This document shows, in pieces, positions 46,118 to 55,130 of a stretch of DNA of 64,000 nucleotides. The translations under genes were made by a program, and so were the position numbers. Position 1 is the first letter of the stretch. Each line of letters starts with the position of its first letter. This DNA is from an uncultured Actinomycetes bacterium. GTDB lineage: Bacteria > Actinomycetota > Thermoleophilia > Gaiellales > Gaiellaceae. Below the pieces are notes generated by a model. That model was not told where the DNA came from, made no database searches, and saw only the letters and a list, made by a program, of their open reading frames with translations. The DNA lies in NCBI GenBank assembly GCA_963709265.1, contig CAVPVN010000002.1:171756-235755 (forward strand). Reading direction: 5' to 3'.

Positions 46118-47649
46118 TGGGCGTGCATCAGCTCCGCCGCGCGCTCGGCGACCATCACGGTCGGCCAGTTCGTGTGGCCGCGGGGCAGGGCGGGCATCAC
46201 GGAGGCGTCGACGATCCGCAGCCCGTCGACGCCGCGCACCCGAAGGTCCGGGGTGACGACCGCGTCCTCGTCTAGCCCCATCCGGCACGTCCCGACCGGG
46301 TGGTACAGCGTCTGGGAGCGCGCACGCAGATGAGCGTGGAGCGCGTCGGCGTCGGTCGCGTCGACACCCGGAAGCAGCTCCCCGGTCACGTGTCGGGCAA
46401 GCGGCTCCTGCGCGAGGACCCCGCGAGCAAGACGAATTCCTTCGACGAGAGTTCCTGCGTCGTGCCCGCCGGGGTCGGTGAGGTAGCGCGGGTCGATCTC
46501 GGGCGCCGCGAGGGGATCCGCGGAGGCCAGCCGCAGCTCGCCGACGCTGCGCGGCTGGAGCAGGACGGCTGCGACGGTGACGCCGTCCTGCGAGGGGGGC
46601 GCCGTTCCCTCCTCCTCGAACAGCACCGGCGCGAAGATCAGCTCGAGTTCCGGCGCCGGTGCGGAGGGGTCGATGCGGACGAACGCGGCGGCCTCGGCGA
46701 CGTTCGACGTGAGCGGCCCTCGCCCGAGGGCGAGCCACGCGAGCAGGTGGCGCGGCCGCTCGGCGGAGAAGAGCGTCTCCGCGTCGACGGTCGCAAGAAC
46801 TCCGTTTGCGAGGTGGTCACGGAGATTCCGGCCGACGCCCCGCGCAGCGACGGCGATCGCGATCCCGTGGCGCTCGAGCTCCTCGGGCGGTCCGATGCCG
46901 GACAGGAGCAGCAGCCTCGGCGTGTCGATTGCGCCGGCAGCGAGGACGACCTCGCGGCCCGCGTGCGCTTCCTCCTCGTCCGCGGCCTCGCCGAGCAGGA
47001 ACGCGACGCCGCGTGCCCGGCCGGCCTCGACGAGAAGACGGGTCGCGCGAGCTCCGGTGACGACCGTCAGGTTCGGGCGGCGCATCGCCGCGCGCAGGTA
47101 CCCGTCGACCACGCTGTGACGGCGGCCCCGCCGGATCGAGACCGGCGTCAGGCCGACACCCGCGTTGTCCGCGGCGTTGAGGTCGCGGACGCGAGGGATC
47201 CCGGTCGCGACTGCGGCCTCGACGAAGTCGAGCGTGAGCGAGCTCGGGCTTCGCTGGCTCGCGCGAGGGAAGTGCGCGTCGCTGCGGGCGTACGCCGAGG
47301 CGACGTCGTCCCAGCCCCATTCCGGCGGCCAGGCATCGTGGTCGGCGCGATGGCCGCGGATCGCCATCATCGCGTTGATCGACGACGAGCCGCCGAGCAC
47401 CTTGCCCCGGGGGAAGACGAGCCGGCGATCGTCGAGGGCCACCTGCGGGGTCGTCCGGTACCCCCAGTCGAGCGGCGAGTCGAAGAGCTTCGAGAACGCC
47501 GCGGGGACGCGGACGTGCAGCTTGCGGTCCCCTGGGCCTGCCTCCAACAGCAGGACGCTCGTCGAGGCGTCCTCGGTCAGCCTGGCGGCGAGCACGCAGC
47601 CCGCGGATCCAGCCCCGACGACGACGACGTCGTGCACCCGGGGCCTCAC
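46114..47649 (-). CDS. GMC family oxidoreductase (choline dehydrogenase-like)
   Basis: HDVVVVGAGSAGCVLAARLTED (FAD ADP-binding), GGSSSINAM, and C-terminal YHPVGTCRMG. Start taken at GTG 47649, which overlaps a small upstream ORF stop. Confidence 0.85.
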   Translation of the reverse strand: MRPRVHDVVVVGAGSAGCVLAARLTEDASTSVLLLEAGPGDRKLHVRVPAAFSKLFDSPLDWGYRTTPQVALDDRRLVFPRGKVLGGSSSINAMMAIRGHRADHDAWPPEWGWDDVASAYARSDAHFPRASQRSPSSLTLDFVEAAVATGIPRVRDLNAADNAGVGLTPVSIRRGRRHSVVDGYLRAAMRRPNLTVVTGARATRLLVEAGRARGVAFLLGEAADEEEAHAGREVVLAAGAIDTPRLLLLSGIGPPEELERHGIAIAVAARGVGRNLRDHLANGVLATVDAETLFSAERPRHLLAWLALGRGPLTSNVAEAAAFVRIDPSAPAPELELIFAPVLFEEEGTAPPSQDGVTVAAVLLQPRSVGELRLASADPLAAPEIDPRYLTDPGGHDAGTLVEGIRLARGVLAQEPLARHVTGELLPGVDATDADALHAHLRARSQTLYHPVGTCRMGLDEDAVVTPDLRVRGVDGLRIVDASVMPALPRGHTNWPTVMVAERAAELMHAQ

Positions 47650-47747
47650 GCTCCCTCGTGCTCGACCCAGTCGATCTCGAGCACGGTGCGGCGCAGCCTG
47701 ACCCGGTGGGAATGGGGGCACCACTCCGCCTGCCAGAGCTCGAGCAC
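47646..47747 (-). other. 33-codon ORF resembling only the N-terminus of a thioredoxin-fold (glutaredoxin/GST-N) protein
   Basis: VLELWQAEWCPHSHRVRLRRTVLEIDWVEHEGA*. The stop overlaps the GMC start (GTGA). It is far shorter than a complete thioredoxin fold. An upstream GTG at 47783 would give 45 aa. Confidence 0.3.
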
Positions 47748-47800
47748 GTTCGCATCGTCGCAGAGCCGGCACGATCTCGGCACAGACGCGTCACACCTTC

Positions 47801-48091
47801 GTGGCTACGTTGTCGACTATGGCGACGGTCACCACACCCTGGGGACGGGCGACGACGGTGGAAGAGGTGTCGGTCGCCCAGCGGGCAGGCGAGAAACGGT
47901 TCACGACCCGGGTGGAGCTCCTGGAATCCAGCGACGGCGACCGGCTGGTGCGCTTCTCGTACGCGACGAGCGGGAGCGCGCGGCGCGGCCCGGTGACGCT
48001 CCGCGAGCGGGATCTCGCGAAGCTTCGGGTCGCGCTCGAGCGGTCGCCGAACCTTCGCCGTGCGCTCGACGAAGCCGGGATGAGCGGCTGA
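47801..48091 (+). CDS. hypothetical protein (96 aa)
   Basis: ATG ORF with balanced composition (MATLSTMATVTTPWGRATTVEEVSVAQ...RFSYATSG...). No family recognised. Confidence 0.45.
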   Translation: MATLSTMATVTTPWGRATTVEEVSVAQRAGEKRFTTRVELLESSDGDRLVRFSYATSGSARRGPVTLRERDLAKLRVALERSPNLRRALDEAGMSG

Positions 48092-48130
48092 CCCTCGACG
48101 TAAGTCATGCGGCGGGGTTGCCGCCGCCGG

Positions 48131-48841
48131 CTATCCGCGGGCGAAGGCGTCGACTGGCACGCGGTCGCGTGCCGCGGCGATCAGACCGGCGAGCAACGGA
48201 ACACCTCCGGTCGGCCCTAGCAGCGGATCGACTGCGTGCTCCGGGTGCGGCATCAAGCCGAGCACGTTGCCCGCCGTGTTGGCGATCCCCGCCACTCGGC
48301 CGCGCGAGCCGTTCACGTCCTCCGTGTATCGGAGCACGACCTGGCCGCGCGCGAGCACGTCCGCGTACAGGTCGTCGTCGGCAACCCAGTTGCCCTCGCC
48401 GTGCTTGACCGGGATGACGAGCTCGTCTCCCCGAGCGCACGACGCGGTGAACGGCGTTGCGGTCGACTCGACGACGACGGTCACGTCCGCGCACAGGAAC
48501 TCGAGCTGCCGGTTCGGGCGGAGCACACCCGGCAGCAGCCCGGCCTCGCACAGGATCTGGAAGCCGTTGCAGATCCCGAGCACCGGCCCGCCGTTCGCGG
48601 CGAACGCGCGAACCGCGTCCATCACCGGGGCCACGCGGGCGAGGGCGCCGCAGCGAAGGTAGTCGCCGTAGGAGAACCCGCCGGGGAGGACGATGCCTGC
48701 GACCCGCTCCGGGAGCTCGGTGGCCGTGTGCCAGACGGCGACGGGTTCCGCGCCGAGGGCGTCGAGCGCGAGGCGAGCGTCGCCGTCGTCGTTCGATCCG
48801 GGGAACGTGACGACGGCGATCCGTGGCCGTGCTTCGGTCAC
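48131..48841 (-). CDS. purQ: phosphoribosylformylglycinamidine synthase, glutaminase subunit
   Basis: IAVVTFPGSNDD, GICNGFQIL (catalytic Cys), MPHPEH. The GTG overlaps the purS stop. Confidence 0.9.
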   Translation of the reverse strand: MTEARPRIAVVTFPGSNDDGDARLALDALGAEPVAVWHTATELPERVAGIVLPGGFSYGDYLRCGALARVAPVMDAVRAFAANGGPVLGICNGFQILCEAGLLPGVLRPNRQLEFLCADVTVVVESTATPFTASCARGDELVIPVKHGEGNWVADDDLYADVLARGQVVLRYTEDVNGSRGRVAGIANTAGNVLGLMPHPEHAVDPLLGPTGGVPLLAGLIAAARDRVPVDAFARG

Positions 48842-49080
48842 GCCTCGCCTTCGACGATCTCGAAGCTCTCGATCAGAGGGTTCGCGAGCAGCTCCGCGCA
48901 CATGCGCAGCACCTCGCTCCGGGCGGCATCGAGGTCGGCAGCCTCGACGTCGAGGTCGACCAGCCGCCCGACCCGCGCGCTCGTGACGGCGAAGCCGAGC
49001 GTCGCGAGCGACGCCTGGACCGCGTCGCCCTCGGGGTCGAGGATCCCGGCCTTCGGCCGGATCAGCACGGTCAGCCGCAC
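48838..49080 (-). CDS. purS: phosphoribosylformylglycinamidine synthase subunit PurS
   Basis: 80 aa. VLIRPKAGILDPEGDAVQASLATLGF...ANPLIESFEI. Confidence 0.85.
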   Translation of the reverse strand: MRLTVLIRPKAGILDPEGDAVQASLATLGFAVTSARVGRLVDLDVEAADLDAARSEVLRMCAELLANPLIESFEIVEGEA

Positions 49081-49934
49081 CGCACGACCGCCGGATCTAC
49101 GAGATAGCGCTCGAAGGGGATCTCGGTGAGCCGCTCGAACGCCTCCACGTAGCGCTCCCTGGTGCCTGTGACGACCTCGGGTGGGAGGGCCGGACCCGGT
49201 GCGGTCCGGTCCCAGCCGGTGGCCAGGCACCAGTCGCGGACGTACTGCTTGTCGAACGAGGGCTGCGGTGTGCCGGGCATGTATCCGTCGGCGGGCCAGA
49301 AGCGCGAGGAATCCGGCGTCAGCGCCTCGTCGGCAAGCGTCACGGCGCCGTGCGCGTCGACCCCGAACTCGAACTTCGTGTCCGCGAGCAGGATCCCCCG
49401 CGTCTCCGCGTGCTCGGCGGCGAAGCGATAGAGCGCAATCGCAGCCTCTCGTGCCCGCGCGTACTCCTTCTCCCCGCAGAGCGCCGCCGCCTCGTCCTCG
49501 GTGATCGTCAGGTCGTGGCCCTCCGTCGCCTTGGTCGCCGGCGTCACGATCGGCTCCGGCAGCCTCCCCGACTCGGGCAGCCCGTCGGGCAACCGATGCC
49601 CTGAGATCTCTCCGCTCTCGCGGTAGTCCGTCCACCCGGAGCCGGCGAGGTAGCCGCGGACGACAATTTCCGCGGGGAGCATTTCGAGCCGCCTGCACTC
49701 GAGCGAGCGGCCGTCGTCGCGCAGGGCGAGGAGATGGTTGCCGACGATGTGCCGCGTACGCTCGAACCAGAACGCCGACAGGCCCGTCAGCACTCGCCCC
49801 TTGTCGGGGATCTCCGTCGGGAGCACGACGTCGAACGTCGAGATGCGATCGGTCGCGACGAGCAGCAGCCTGTCGTCGACGAGCGCGTAGAGCTCGCGGA
49901 CCTTGCCGGTCCCGACGTGCACCGCGTCAGGCAC
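49071..49934 (-). CDS. purC: phosphoribosylaminoimidazole-succinocarboxamide synthase
   Basis: GKVRELY...LLLVATDRISTFDVVLPTEIPDKGRVL...LADTKFEFG. Confidence 0.9.
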   Translation of the reverse strand: MPDAVHVGTGKVRELYALVDDRLLLVATDRISTFDVVLPTEIPDKGRVLTGLSAFWFERTRHIVGNHLLALRDDGRSLECRRLEMLPAEIVVRGYLAGSGWTDYRESGEISGHRLPDGLPESGRLPEPIVTPATKATEGHDLTITEDEAAALCGEKEYARAREAAIALYRFAAEHAETRGILLADTKFEFGVDAHGAVTLADEALTPDSSRFWPADGYMPGTPQPSFDKQYVRDWCLATGWDRTAPGPALPPEVVTGTRERYVEAFERLTEIPFERYLVDPAVVRCG

Positions 49935-51246
49935 GGACCGGCGCCTCCCGCGCCGCTACGAGCGTCCGCAGGCGGTCGAACACGGTATCGACGTGCGCCG
50001 TGTAGGCCTCGAGCGAGAACACGTGCTCGAGGTCGACGCGATCCGAGATCTCCCCGTCCGCCAGAGCGAGCTCGCGGAAGTCGAGCTCCTCGTCCCACGC
50101 TCTCGTCGCGTGCCTCTGGACGATCCGATAGGCCGTGTCGCGCATGAGCCCGCTCTCGACGAGCGCCAGAAGCAGGCGCTGGCTGAAGAACACCCCGTGG
50201 CTCGCGTCGAGGTTCGCCCGCATCCGCTCGGGCCTCACGACGAGGCCCTCGAGCAGCCATGCGAACCGGTCGAGAACGTAGTCGATCGCCAGGAACGAGT
50301 CCGGCAGCACGACGCGCTCGGCGGACGAGTGGGAGATGTCGCGCTCGTGCCACAGGGCGACGTTCTCGAAGCCCACGAGCGCGTTTGCCCGAACGACCCG
50401 TGCAAGCCCGCAAATGCGCTCCGCGACGATCGGGTTCCGCTTGTGCGGCATCGCCGACGACCCTTTCTGGCCGCGGCCGAACGGCTCCTCGACCTCGCGG
50501 ACCTCGGTGCGGGCGAGATGGCGGATCTCCGTCGCGAATCGCTCGAGCGACGACCCGAGCAGTGCAAGCGCGGCGAGCAGGTCGGCATGTCGGTCGCGTT
50601 GGAGGATCTGGGTCGAGCTCGAAGCCGGCTCGAGCCCGAGCTGCTCGCACGCGATGCGCTCGACCTCGGGGTCGATCGCCGCGTACTGCCCCACGGCGCC
50701 AGAGAGCTTGCCGACGCGAAGCCCCTCGAGCGCCCGCTCGAGCCGCCCCCGTTCACGCTCGAGCGTGAATGCCCAGCCGGCCAGCTTGAGCCCGAAGGTC
50801 GTCGGTTCCGCGTGCACGCCGTGCGTTCGTCCCATGCAGAGCGTCTCCCGGTGCTCCTCGGCCCGAGCGACGACCGCGCTGAAGGCCCGCTCCAGCCCGT
50901 CGAGCACCAGCGCACCGGCGTCCTGGACTGCGAGCGACAGCGCCGTGTCGACCACGTCGGACGAGGTGAGCCCGAAGTGGAACCAACGGCCGTCATCGCC
51001 GAGCCGCTCGGCAGCGGCGTCGACGAACGCGGCCACGTCATGATTCGTCGTGCGCTCGATCTCGGCCACGCGCGCGGGGTCCGGTGGAACCGCGAGCGCT
51101 CGAATGCGGTCGACGGCGTCGGCCGGCACGACGCCGACGCGGCGCCAGCCTTCGAGGGCCGCGAGCTCGACTGCCAGCCATCGCTCGAGCGTCGCCTCTC
51201 CCGACCAGATCCGCGTCATGGCGGGGCGGGAGTAACGCGCGATCAC
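49927..51246 (-). CDS. purB: adenylosuccinate lyase
   Basis: IARYSRPAMTRIW..., FGLTSSDVVDT, and the signature GSSAMPHKRNP. Confidence 0.95.
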   Translation of the reverse strand: MIARYSRPAMTRIWSGEATLERWLAVELAALEGWRRVGVVPADAVDRIRALAVPPDPARVAEIERTTNHDVAAFVDAAAERLGDDGRWFHFGLTSSDVVDTALSLAVQDAGALVLDGLERAFSAVVARAEEHRETLCMGRTHGVHAEPTTFGLKLAGWAFTLERERGRLERALEGLRVGKLSGAVGQYAAIDPEVERIACEQLGLEPASSSTQILQRDRHADLLAALALLGSSLERFATEIRHLARTEVREVEEPFGRGQKGSSAMPHKRNPIVAERICGLARVVRANALVGFENVALWHERDISHSSAERVVLPDSFLAIDYVLDRFAWLLEGLVVRPERMRANLDASHGVFFSQRLLLALVESGLMRDTAYRIVQRHATRAWDEELDFRELALADGEISDRVDLEHVFSLEAYTAHVDTVFDRLRTLVAAREAPVRA

Positions 51247-51451
51247 GCCGTCATCCTAGATGCGGCCCCGGGCGGCCCCCGATGAAGCGCTGGCGCGCTG
51301 GGGCTGGACACGGTGACGAAGTTGGCACGGACCTCGCACGAAGTCGTGCGCTTTGTTGTCCGATTAGACGATAGAATTGAAAGTGGGTGGTGGGATGGGG
51401 TGCCCCAGCGAAGAGCCGCTCTCTGCGAACTCGACACCGGGATCTGGCGAC

Positions 51452-52675
51452 CTATGCCTCTGCACCCGACCCCGCCGCAAGCGCGATGTCGTCGCGCCTG
51501 CGGGAGCCGTCGATGCGGATGAGGTCGGTTGCCGCATAGGCGTGCGCTCGGGCGGCCTCCACCGTCGGCCCGGTCGCCGTGACGCCGAGCAGCCGGCCGC
51601 CGCTCGTGACGAGCGCTCCGTCGCGGAGCGCCGTGCCTGCCTGGAAGACGAGCGCCCCCGCCGCCACGGCCCGGTCGATCCCCTCGATCGGCGTTCCCCG
51701 GTCGGCCGAGCCGGGGTAGCCGCCCGCGGCGACGACCACGGTCACCGCTGCACCGTCCCGCCGGTCGAGCGACATCCCCGCGAGCGACCCCGTCGCCGCG
51801 GCCGCGAGGGCCTCGAGTAGGTCGCCCTCAACCAGCGGCACGACGGACTGTGTCTCGGGATCGCCGAAGCGACAGTTGTACTCGAGCACTCGCGGCCCGT
51901 CGGACGTCAGCATGAGCCCGGCGAAGAGCGTCCCGACGAACGGCGTCCCGCGGCGCGCCAACTCGGCGAGGACGGGTCGGATGCACACGTCGACGAGCTC
52001 CTCGACCGCCGTGGCGTCGAGTCCGGCGGCCGGTGCGAAGGAGCCCATGCCGCCGGTGTTCGGGCCCTTGTCACCGTCGAACGCCCGCTTGTAGTCGCGC
52101 GCGGGCGCAAGTGCGAGGGCGTCCGTTCCGGCACAGAGGGCGAGGAGCGAGAGCTCCGGGCCTTCGAGCAGCTCCTCCACGAGCGTCTCTCCGTCGGTCA
52201 CCCCTCCGGCGGCGAGCGCGTCGGCCAGGTCCGCCTCCGTACGACAGACGACGACGCCCTTGCCGGCCGCCAGACCATCCGCCTTCAGGACACACGGCGC
52301 CCGGGGCGTGTCGAGGAGCCGCGCGGTCGGCACCCCGGCGGCTGCCATCACCTCCTTCGCGAAACGCTTCGAGCCCTCGATCCGCGCGGCCGCAGCCGAA
52401 GGCCCGAAGACGGGAGTCCCTGCGTGACGGAGGGTGTCGGCGACACCCGCTACCAGCGGTGCCTCGGGGCCGAGGACGACGAGGTCGGCGCCCAGCGACC
52501 GCGCGAGCTCGAGCAGGCCGTCCCCGTCCTCGGCGGCGACCGGGTGGCACGTCGCGAGCGCCGTGATCCCCGGGTTCCCCGGCGCGGCGTGCAGCTCGGT
52601 GAGGGTCGGCGACGACGAGAGCCGCCACGCGAGCGCATGCTCGCGACCCCCTGAGCCGACGACGAGGACGCGCAT
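51452..52675 (-). CDS. purD: phosphoribosylamine-glycine ligase
   Basis: MRVLVVGSGGREHALAW..., ATP-grasp body, LEYNCRFGDPETQ. Confidence 0.95.
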   Translation of the reverse strand: MRVLVVGSGGREHALAWRLSSSPTLTELHAAPGNPGITALATCHPVAAEDGDGLLELARSLGADLVVLGPEAPLVAGVADTLRHAGTPVFGPSAAAARIEGSKRFAKEVMAAAGVPTARLLDTPRAPCVLKADGLAAGKGVVVCRTEADLADALAAGGVTDGETLVEELLEGPELSLLALCAGTDALALAPARDYKRAFDGDKGPNTGGMGSFAPAAGLDATAVEELVDVCIRPVLAELARRGTPFVGTLFAGLMLTSDGPRVLEYNCRFGDPETQSVVPLVEGDLLEALAAAATGSLAGMSLDRRDGAAVTVVVAAGGYPGSADRGTPIEGIDRAVAAGALVFQAGTALRDGALVTSGGRLLGVTATGPTVEAARAHAYAATDLIRIDGSRRRDDIALAAGSGAEA

Positions 52676-52719
52676 CCGGCGAGTCTACGAGGGCGGTCTG
52701 CCGACCCGGCTCGTGGCGG

Positions 52720-53997
52720 TCAGGGCTGGAGTGCGAGCACCGCATCGCGCGACGCGCCGGTGCCGACGAGCGTGACCGGCACGTCGAGCGCCTCCGAGAC
52801 GAATGCGACGTACTCCGCAGCGGCGACCGGGAGCGTCGGCCCGACCAGCTCCTCGCGCCATCCGGGGAGCGTCTCGAAGACCGGCTCGCAATGGTGGAAG
52901 TCCGACTGGTGAGCCGGGAAGTCCTCGGTCTCGGCCCCGTCGGTGAGCCGATACCTGACGCAGACCGGGATCTCGTCGAAGTCCGAGAGGACGTCGAGCT
53001 TCGTGAGCGCCAGCGACGTGATGCCGTTGACGCGGACCGCGAAGCGCAAAGCGACGAGGTCGAGCCAGCCACAGCGACGCTCGCGACCGGTGACCGTGCC
53101 GAACTCGCCTCCGAGCTCCCGTACCCGTTCCTGGGCCGGCCCCGTGATCTCGCTCGGGAACGGCCCCTCGCCCACCCGCGTCACATACGCCTTGGAGACA
53201 CCGACCACCTCGTCGATCCGCTGCGGCCCGATGCCGAAGCTCACCGCTGCGCCGGCGGCGATCGGGCTCGACGACGTGACGAAGGGATATGTGCCGTGGT
53301 CGAGGTCGAGCAGCGTCCCCTGCGCCCCCTCGAAGAGGACGTCGCGGCCCTCCCGCAAGGCCCGGTCGACGAGCAACGACGTGTCCTCGACGTACGGGGC
53401 GAGTCGCTCCGCATGGGTGAGCGTCTGTGCGACGACGTCCTCGACGTCGAACGGCTCGATCCCGTAGACGCGCTCGAGCCAGACGTTCTTCTCGCCCGCG
53501 GCGAGTTCGACCTTCTCGCGGAGTATCTTCGGGTCGAGGAGGTCCTGCACACGGATCCCGATCCGCGTCGCCTTGTCGGCGTACGCGGGGCCGATCCCGC
53601 GGCGGGTCGTGCCGATCTGCAGGTTGCCGAGCCGGCGCTCGCGCGCGCCGTCGAGCGCAACGTGCCACGGCATGATGAGATGCGCGTTGCCCGATACGAA
53701 GACGAGCCCGTCGGTGCGGTGACCGCGCGCCTCGAGGTTGTCGAGCTCCTCGATCAGCACCGCCGGGTCGACGACGCACCCCGCGCCGATCGCGCTCGCG
53801 ACGCCCCCGACGATGCCCGACGGGATCGCGCGGATCTTGTATGTCTCGCCGTCGACGACGATCGTGTGCCCGGCATTCGGGCCGCCCTGGTAGCGGCAGA
53901 CGAGGTCGGACTCCTGGGCGAGCAGGTCGACGATCTTCCCCTTCCCCTCGTCGCCCCACTGAGCCCCGACGATCACGGTCGCGGGCACGTGCTCCAT
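52720..53997 (-). CDS. purA: adenylosuccinate synthetase
   Basis: VIVGAQWGDEGKGKIVD, GGPNAGHT, TTRRGIGPAY, GTVTGRERRCGWLD. ATG at 53997 within ORF 52720..54195. Confidence 0.95.
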   Translation of the reverse strand: MEHVPATVIVGAQWGDEGKGKIVDLLAQESDLVCRYQGGPNAGHTIVVDGETYKIRAIPSGIVGGVASAIGAGCVVDPAVLIEELDNLEARGHRTDGLVFVSGNAHLIMPWHVALDGARERRLGNLQIGTTRRGIGPAYADKATRIGIRVQDLLDPKILREKVELAAGEKNVWLERVYGIEPFDVEDVVAQTLTHAERLAPYVEDTSLLVDRALREGRDVLFEGAQGTLLDLDHGTYPFVTSSSPIAAGAAVSFGIGPQRIDEVVGVSKAYVTRVGEGPFPSEITGPAQERVRELGGEFGTVTGRERRCGWLDLVALRFAVRVNGITSLALTKLDVLSDFDEIPVCVRYRLTDGAETEDFPAHQSDFHHCEPVFETLPGWREELVGPTLPVAAAEYVAFVSEALDVPVTLVGTGASRDAVLALQP

Positions 53998-54208
53998 TCT
54001 CGCACGCGCCCCGGCCTTCGGACGGGCGAGATGATCGACTCCGGATTTGGCGTGCCTGCGGGGAGGGAATGCGCCAAGCAGCGTGGTCGGCTCGCTCGGC
54101 GTGCAGGCTGGGCCGCCTGGATGCAGAGCGAGACGCCCGCGATGCGCTGTGCGCAGGCCCCCATCCGCAGGTGCGAGCGATTCGGAATAGATCATCTAGC
54201 CTCGCATC

Positions 54209-55039
54209 GTGCTCGTCGGCCGCACACGGCTCGCCCGCGAGCTCATATCGCTCGGCCTCCGTCCCGGCGCGGTCGCGCTCGTCCACTGCCGAATGTCCGC
54301 GCTCGGCACGGTGGTCGGCGGTGCGGAGACGGTCGTCCGGGCGCTCCTGGACGCGGTCGGCTCGGGGGGCACGCTCGTGGCCTATGTCGGTTGGGAGGAC
54401 GCGCCGCCCGACGACCTCGCCGCGCTCGACGCCGCCGACCGCGAGATCGTGCTCGCGGAGCAGCCCGTCTACGACCCGGTTGTCGCCCGCGCACGACGCG
54501 ACCACGGCCGCGTGGCCGAGGCGCTCCGCACCTGGCCCGGCGCGGTCCACTCGGGGCACCCCGAGGCCGGGGTCGCCGCCGTCGGTCGCGAGGCCGAAGC
54601 GGTCGCGCTTCCCCATCCGCTGGACGACGGGTACGGGACCGGCACGCCCTACGCGCGGGTCGTCGAGCGCGACGGCCAGGTCGTGCTTCTCGGCGCGCCG
54701 CTCGACACGGTCACGCTCGTCCACCACGCGGAGGCGATCGCGCACGTGAACGGCAAGCGGCGCGTCGCCTGGCAGTGCCCGGTGCTCGTCGACGGCCGGC
54801 GTGAGTGGCGCACCCTGCACGACATCGACACGAGCAGCGGGGCGCTGCCCTACGAGCGACTCAGCGGCGGCGACGACTACGTCGAGTTCTTCGTGTGCGC
54901 GGCCCTTGAGCGCGGCGCGGGCCGCGGCGGGCCGCTCGGCGCAGGAACGGGCCATGTACTCGATGCCCGGCGGCTCACCGAATGCGCGGTCGAGCTGATC
55001 GAGTCGGCCTTCGCGTCGCCCGAAGCAGCGGCGGACTGA
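54209..55039 (+). CDS. aminoglycoside N(3)-acetyltransferase family (AAC(3)/Antibiotic_NAT) protein
   Basis: LVHCRMSALGTVVGGAETVVRALLDAVGSGGTLV... and TLVHHAE, typical of the AAC(3)/YokD family. Confidence 0.7.
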   Translation: MLVGRTRLARELISLGLRPGAVALVHCRMSALGTVVGGAETVVRALLDAVGSGGTLVAYVGWEDAPPDDLAALDAADREIVLAEQPVYDPVVARARRDHGRVAEALRTWPGAVHSGHPEAGVAAVGREAEAVALPHPLDDGYGTGTPYARVVERDGQVVLLGAPLDTVTLVHHAEAIAHVNGKRRVAWQCPVLVDGRREWRTLHDIDTSSGALPYERLSGGDDYVEFFVCAALERGAGRGGPLGAGTGHVLDARRLTECAVELIESAFASPEAAAD

Positions 55040-55130
55040 GAGCTGGGGACCGCTGCACTGCGATGCCCAGGAGCGCGGGTCGTAGGCGGCGACCGCGCGC
55101 TCGAGGAGGCCGGACTACCGTCGCGCCCGC

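Noticed and set aside
27543-48130. Calling the 20.6-kb block between purL and purQ a genomic island or mobile element.
   Set aside because: I saw no integrase, transposase, tRNA target or flanking direct or inverted repeats, and no obvious compositional break by eye. It is reported only as a synteny interruption.
51247-51451. A ZTP (pfl) riboswitch upstream of purB.
   Set aside because: Only fragmentary resemblance was found (GCCGCCCGGGG versus CCGCCUGGGC; a GGGAUCUGGCGA-like block is on the wrong strand and partly inside purD). I cannot support it without a covariance-model search.
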